Part shown: one piece after another, positions 7,954 to 10,296 of the stretch
How the letters are laid out: every line of letters begins with the position of its first letter
Position numbering within the stretch: the first letter of the stretch is position 1
Source: Candidatus Krumholzibacteriia bacterium
GTDB lineage: Bacteria; Krumholzibacteriota; Krumholzibacteriia; LZORAL124-64-63
Direction of reading: 5' to 3'
NCBI GenBank assembly: GCA_046484865.1
Contig: JAWOID010000047.1
Span: 1-10,296 of the forward strand
Length of the DNA stretch: 10,296 nt
Made by a program: the position numbers and the translations under genes
Notes under the pieces: generated by a model
The model's input: only the letters and a program-made list of their open reading frames with translations
The model's database searches: none
What the model was told of the DNA's origin: nothing

Positions 7954-8798
7954 GCCGTCTCTCCCAGCATCGAGAGCAGGTTCTCCAGGTCGCGGGGCAG
8001 GCGTTCCACGAGAGCGTGCGCCGTGTCCGCAGGGACGCCCAGCGTCTCCAGGCGAACGTAGACGTCGTCGTCCGGGATCTCGGTCAGGCCGCCGCCGAAG
8101 CCGCCGGCCAGCGCCACCAGATTCGCCGCCGCCACTGCGCTCGCCACCTCCGGCTGGCGCTCGGCTCGCTCGGGCGCATGGTGGCAGGCGATGGCCGTCA
8201 CCAGGTCCGCCGGGAAGTTCCAGGCCCGGGCCAGGGCCGCGCCGGCCCGGGCATGATCATAGCCCAGGATCGAGCGTTCCGCCGCCAGCAGGTCGTCGGG
8301 AGTCGCACCACGGGGGAGTTGCTGAAGTTGCTCGCCCAGCGGTCGATCCAGCAGCAGCTTGCCGATATCGTGCACGAGGCCGGCGGTGAATGCACGCTCG
8401 CGGTGCCCGCCGGCGCTCTCCGGCAGCAGGGCCGACGCCACGAACGCGGTCGCCAGGCTGTGGTGCCAGAGCTGGTGCTGCTCCAGGCGGTAAGCCCGCA
8501 TCGAGCCGCGCAGGATGTCGCCCATGCTGGTGGCGAAGGCGAGGGTCAGGACGGTCTGGTTGCCCAGCATCACCAGCGCCTCGCGCACGCTCCCCACCCG
8601 CCGTCGCAGACCGTAGTAGGCGGAGTTGCAGAGCTTCAGGAGGTTCGCGGTGAGCGCCGGATCCTTCTCGATGATCTCGAGCACGGCCGCCGCCTCGACG
8701 GTGGCGTCTTCGAGCAGGTCGAGCAGCCGCACCGTCGTGCTCGGCAGAGCGGGCAGTTCGCTGGTGGCGGCGATCAGCTCGGGCAGAGTGCGCACCAT
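7950..8798 (-). CDS. Standalone HDOD domain protein, 282 aa
   Basis: [80 protein letters not shown] and AIACHH. GGAGG lies upstream of ATG 8798. Confidence 0.92.
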   Translation of the reverse strand: MVRTLPELIAATSELPALPSTTVRLLDLLEDATVEAAAVLEIIEKDPALTANLLKLCNSAYYGLRRRVGSVREALVMLGNQTVLTLAFATSMGDILRGSMRAYRLEQHQLWHHSLATAFVASALLPESAGGHRERAFTAGLVHDIGKLLLDRPLGEQLQQLPRGATPDDLLAAERSILGYDHARAGAALARAWNFPADLVTAIACHHAPERAERQPEVASAVAAANLVALAGGFGGGLTEIPDDDVYVRLETLGVPADTAHALVERLPRDLENLLSMLGETA

Positions 8799-9137
8799 GC
8801 CGTGAACCCCTCCGGACGATCAGGTTCTCGCTGCGGACGTCGGTCGCGAATCCCGGTTCTGTCCACGCTCTGGAATCGGCCCGTGAGCGGCGGGCTTGAG
8901 CGGGGTCGGGCCGTGGCCCGCGCGTCGTGCGCGTCCGCCGCCGCGTCGGGGCGGTCCCGGTCGCCTCAGGGAGGCTTGATCGGCGGCCCCGGTCAGTGGT
9001 ATAGGTGGTCTCAGGGATGTGCAACCTCCTGGGGCAAGAGCACATATCGCTGTCGTGGGATATCGCGCGGCGGGCGAATCGTCGTCCGCGACGTCCCCCC
9101 CGGTGGAGGCCACGGTCACATGAAGGAGGTCCGCAGC

Positions 9138-9851
9138 ATGGCGGGCAAACCGGAAGGATGCGTGCAAGCGGCGGCCGGTCCCCTGGGCCAGGACGCCGGC
9201 GGCGAGGAGATCGAACATCGACCAGCAGTCAGGAGCGAGGCCATGAGAGCACAGGTGGGAAAGCCGGCGCCCGACTTCGAGGCCAGCGCGTACGTGGACG
9301 GGAGCTTCCGCAACGTGAAGCTGTCGGACTATCGCGGCAAGTGGGTGAGCTTCTGCTTCTATCCGGGGGACTTCACCTTCGTCTGACCCACCGAACTGGC
9401 GGCGGTCGCCGCCCATCATGACGAACTCACGAAGCTCGGCGTCCAGGTGCTGGCCATGAGCACCGACAGCCGCTTCACCCACAAGATCTGGCAGGCGGAG
9501 GAACTGTCGAAGATGGTGGAGGGCGGAGTCCCCTTCCCCATGCTGTCGGATGCCGGCGGGCGGATCGGCAGCATCTACGGCGTCTACGACGAGGCTGCGG
9601 GCGTGGACATCCGCGGCCGCTTCCTCATCGATCCGGACGGCGTGATCCAGGCGGCCGAGGTGATGACGCCACCGGTCGGCCGCAACGTCGCCGAGTTGAT
9701 CCGGCAGGTGCAGGCGTTCCAGCACGTCCGGTCCACCGGCGGTGCCGAGGCCACGCCGGCCGGCTGGAGACCGGGCAAGCCCACGCTGAAGGTGGGCGAG
9801 GATCTGGTCGGGAAGGTCTGGACGGTCTGGAAGCCGGAGAAGGAGATCTAG
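9138..9851 (+). CDS. prxU: Selenocysteine-containing AhpC-type peroxiredoxin (PrxU), 237 aa, Sec83 encoded by TGA 9384-9386
   Basis: One frame reads VGKPAPDF...KLSDYRGKW...FYPGDFTFV-(TGA)-PTELAAVA...[11 protein letters not shown]...FPMLSD...[10 protein letters not shown]...VGRNVAE...[12 protein letters not shown]. The TGA sits exactly at the peroxidatic Cys of the AhpC motif DFTFVCPTE. AAGGAGG RBS at 9123-9129. Confidence 0.93.
9397..9415 (+). promoter_or_regulatory. Bacterial SECIS-like hairpin
   Basis: GGCGGC (9398-9403), GGUC loop (9404-9407), GCCGCC (9408-9413). There are 17 nt between the UGA and a small G-led apical loop, fitting the general bacterial SECIS model. Confidence 0.75.
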
Positions 9852-9875
9852 CCCGTCCATCCGCCGCGACGGGAA

Positions 9876-9937
9876 CGGCCTCGACCGCGACCCGGCGGTC
9901 GGGGCCGCCGGCAACCGCCGCTCCGGCGGCGGTCGCC
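9876..9937. terminator. Tandem hairpins between convergent prxU and biotin-carrier genes
   Basis: Hairpin 9876-9907: CGGCCTCGACCGC / GCGGTCGGGGCCG, with a U.G pair on the + strand. Hairpin 9910-9937: 12-bp stem with a G.U pair on the - strand and a 4-nt loop. No classical U-run. Confidence 0.5.
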
Positions 9938-9938
9938 T

Positions 9939-10295
9939 TCATTCTTCGCCGGGCTCCACGTCGAGCAACGACGCTCCCTGGGCCACGGTCTGGCCGGTCT
10001 CCACGTGGATACGGGCCACGCGGCCCGGGAGCGCCGCGGCGAGTTCGGTCTCCATCTTCATCGACTCCATGATCAGGACCGGCTGACCGGCCGCCACCGT
10101 GTCGCCCTCGGCCACGAGGATCTTCACCACCTTGCCCGGCATGTCCGCGACCAGGTTGGGGCCGCCGGCCACCACCTCCTCGGCGACGTCACTGTCCGGA
10201 TCGCGGCGGCGCAGGCGGACCGTGCGGCCCGACACGAACGCCCAGCGCTCGTCGCCGTCGCGTGCGGTGAAGACCCGGTGGCGCACATTGCCGAG
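9939..10295 (-). CDS. Biotin carboxyl carrier (biotinyl/lipoyl-attachment) domain protein, probably 5'-truncated by the window edge
   Basis: ADMPGKVVKILVAEGDTVAAGQPVLIMESMKMETELAA...G.V..I.V..G..V..G..LL carries the MKM biotinylation motif. The frame stays open upstream of GTG 10286 to the window end, so this may be the C-terminus of an acyl-CoA carboxylase subunit. Confidence 0.88.
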   Translation of the reverse strand, partial: LGNVRHRVFTARDGDERWAFVSGRTVRLRRRDPDSDVAEEVVAGGPNLVADMPGKVVKILVAEGDTVAAGQPVLIMESMKMETELAAALPGRVARIHVETGQTVAQGASLLDVEPGEE

Positions 10296-10296
10296 C

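Noticed and set aside
8016..9386. 456-aa ORF appearing to fuse a long N-terminus to the peroxiredoxin start
   Set aside because: Most of it is antisense to the HDOD gene. A strong RBS at 9123-9129 marks the real start at 9138.
9384..9386. Peroxiredoxin as a nonsense pseudogene
   Set aside because: The stop is TGA exactly at the catalytic Cys, is followed by a SECIS-like hairpin, and both halves are intact.
1..10296. CRISPR array, tRNA/rRNA, transposase or integrase
   Set aside because: No regularly spaced repeats, cloverleaf or rRNA-like sequence, or recombinase motifs seen.

Overview
High-GC bacterial window with eight recognisable genes. From left to right: a FapA/DUF342-family gene (+); a UMF1/Atg22-like MFS transporter (-); a small outer-membrane beta-barrel-like protein (-); a class II (B12-dependent) ribonucleotide reductase nrdJ (-) with tandem NrdR boxes; a coupled HDOD + ArsC/LMW-phosphatase-fold pair (-) followed by a clear intrinsic terminator; a selenocysteine peroxiredoxin (PrxU-type, +); and the 3' part of a biotin-carrier protein (-). 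The ORF track splits the peroxiredoxin at its in-frame UGA, which is followed by a SECIS-like hairpin. Three points stand out. First, the recoded selenoprotein lacks the usual C-terminal resolving Cys and has two possible starts. Second, the ArsC-fold protein has lost both resolving cysteines and sits with a standalone HDOD gene rather than ars genes, a possible undescribed signalling module. Third, an inverted duplication of at least 118 bp of the fapA start runs off the left edge and could be an artefact or real. All calls come from reading motifs by eye; no searches were run.
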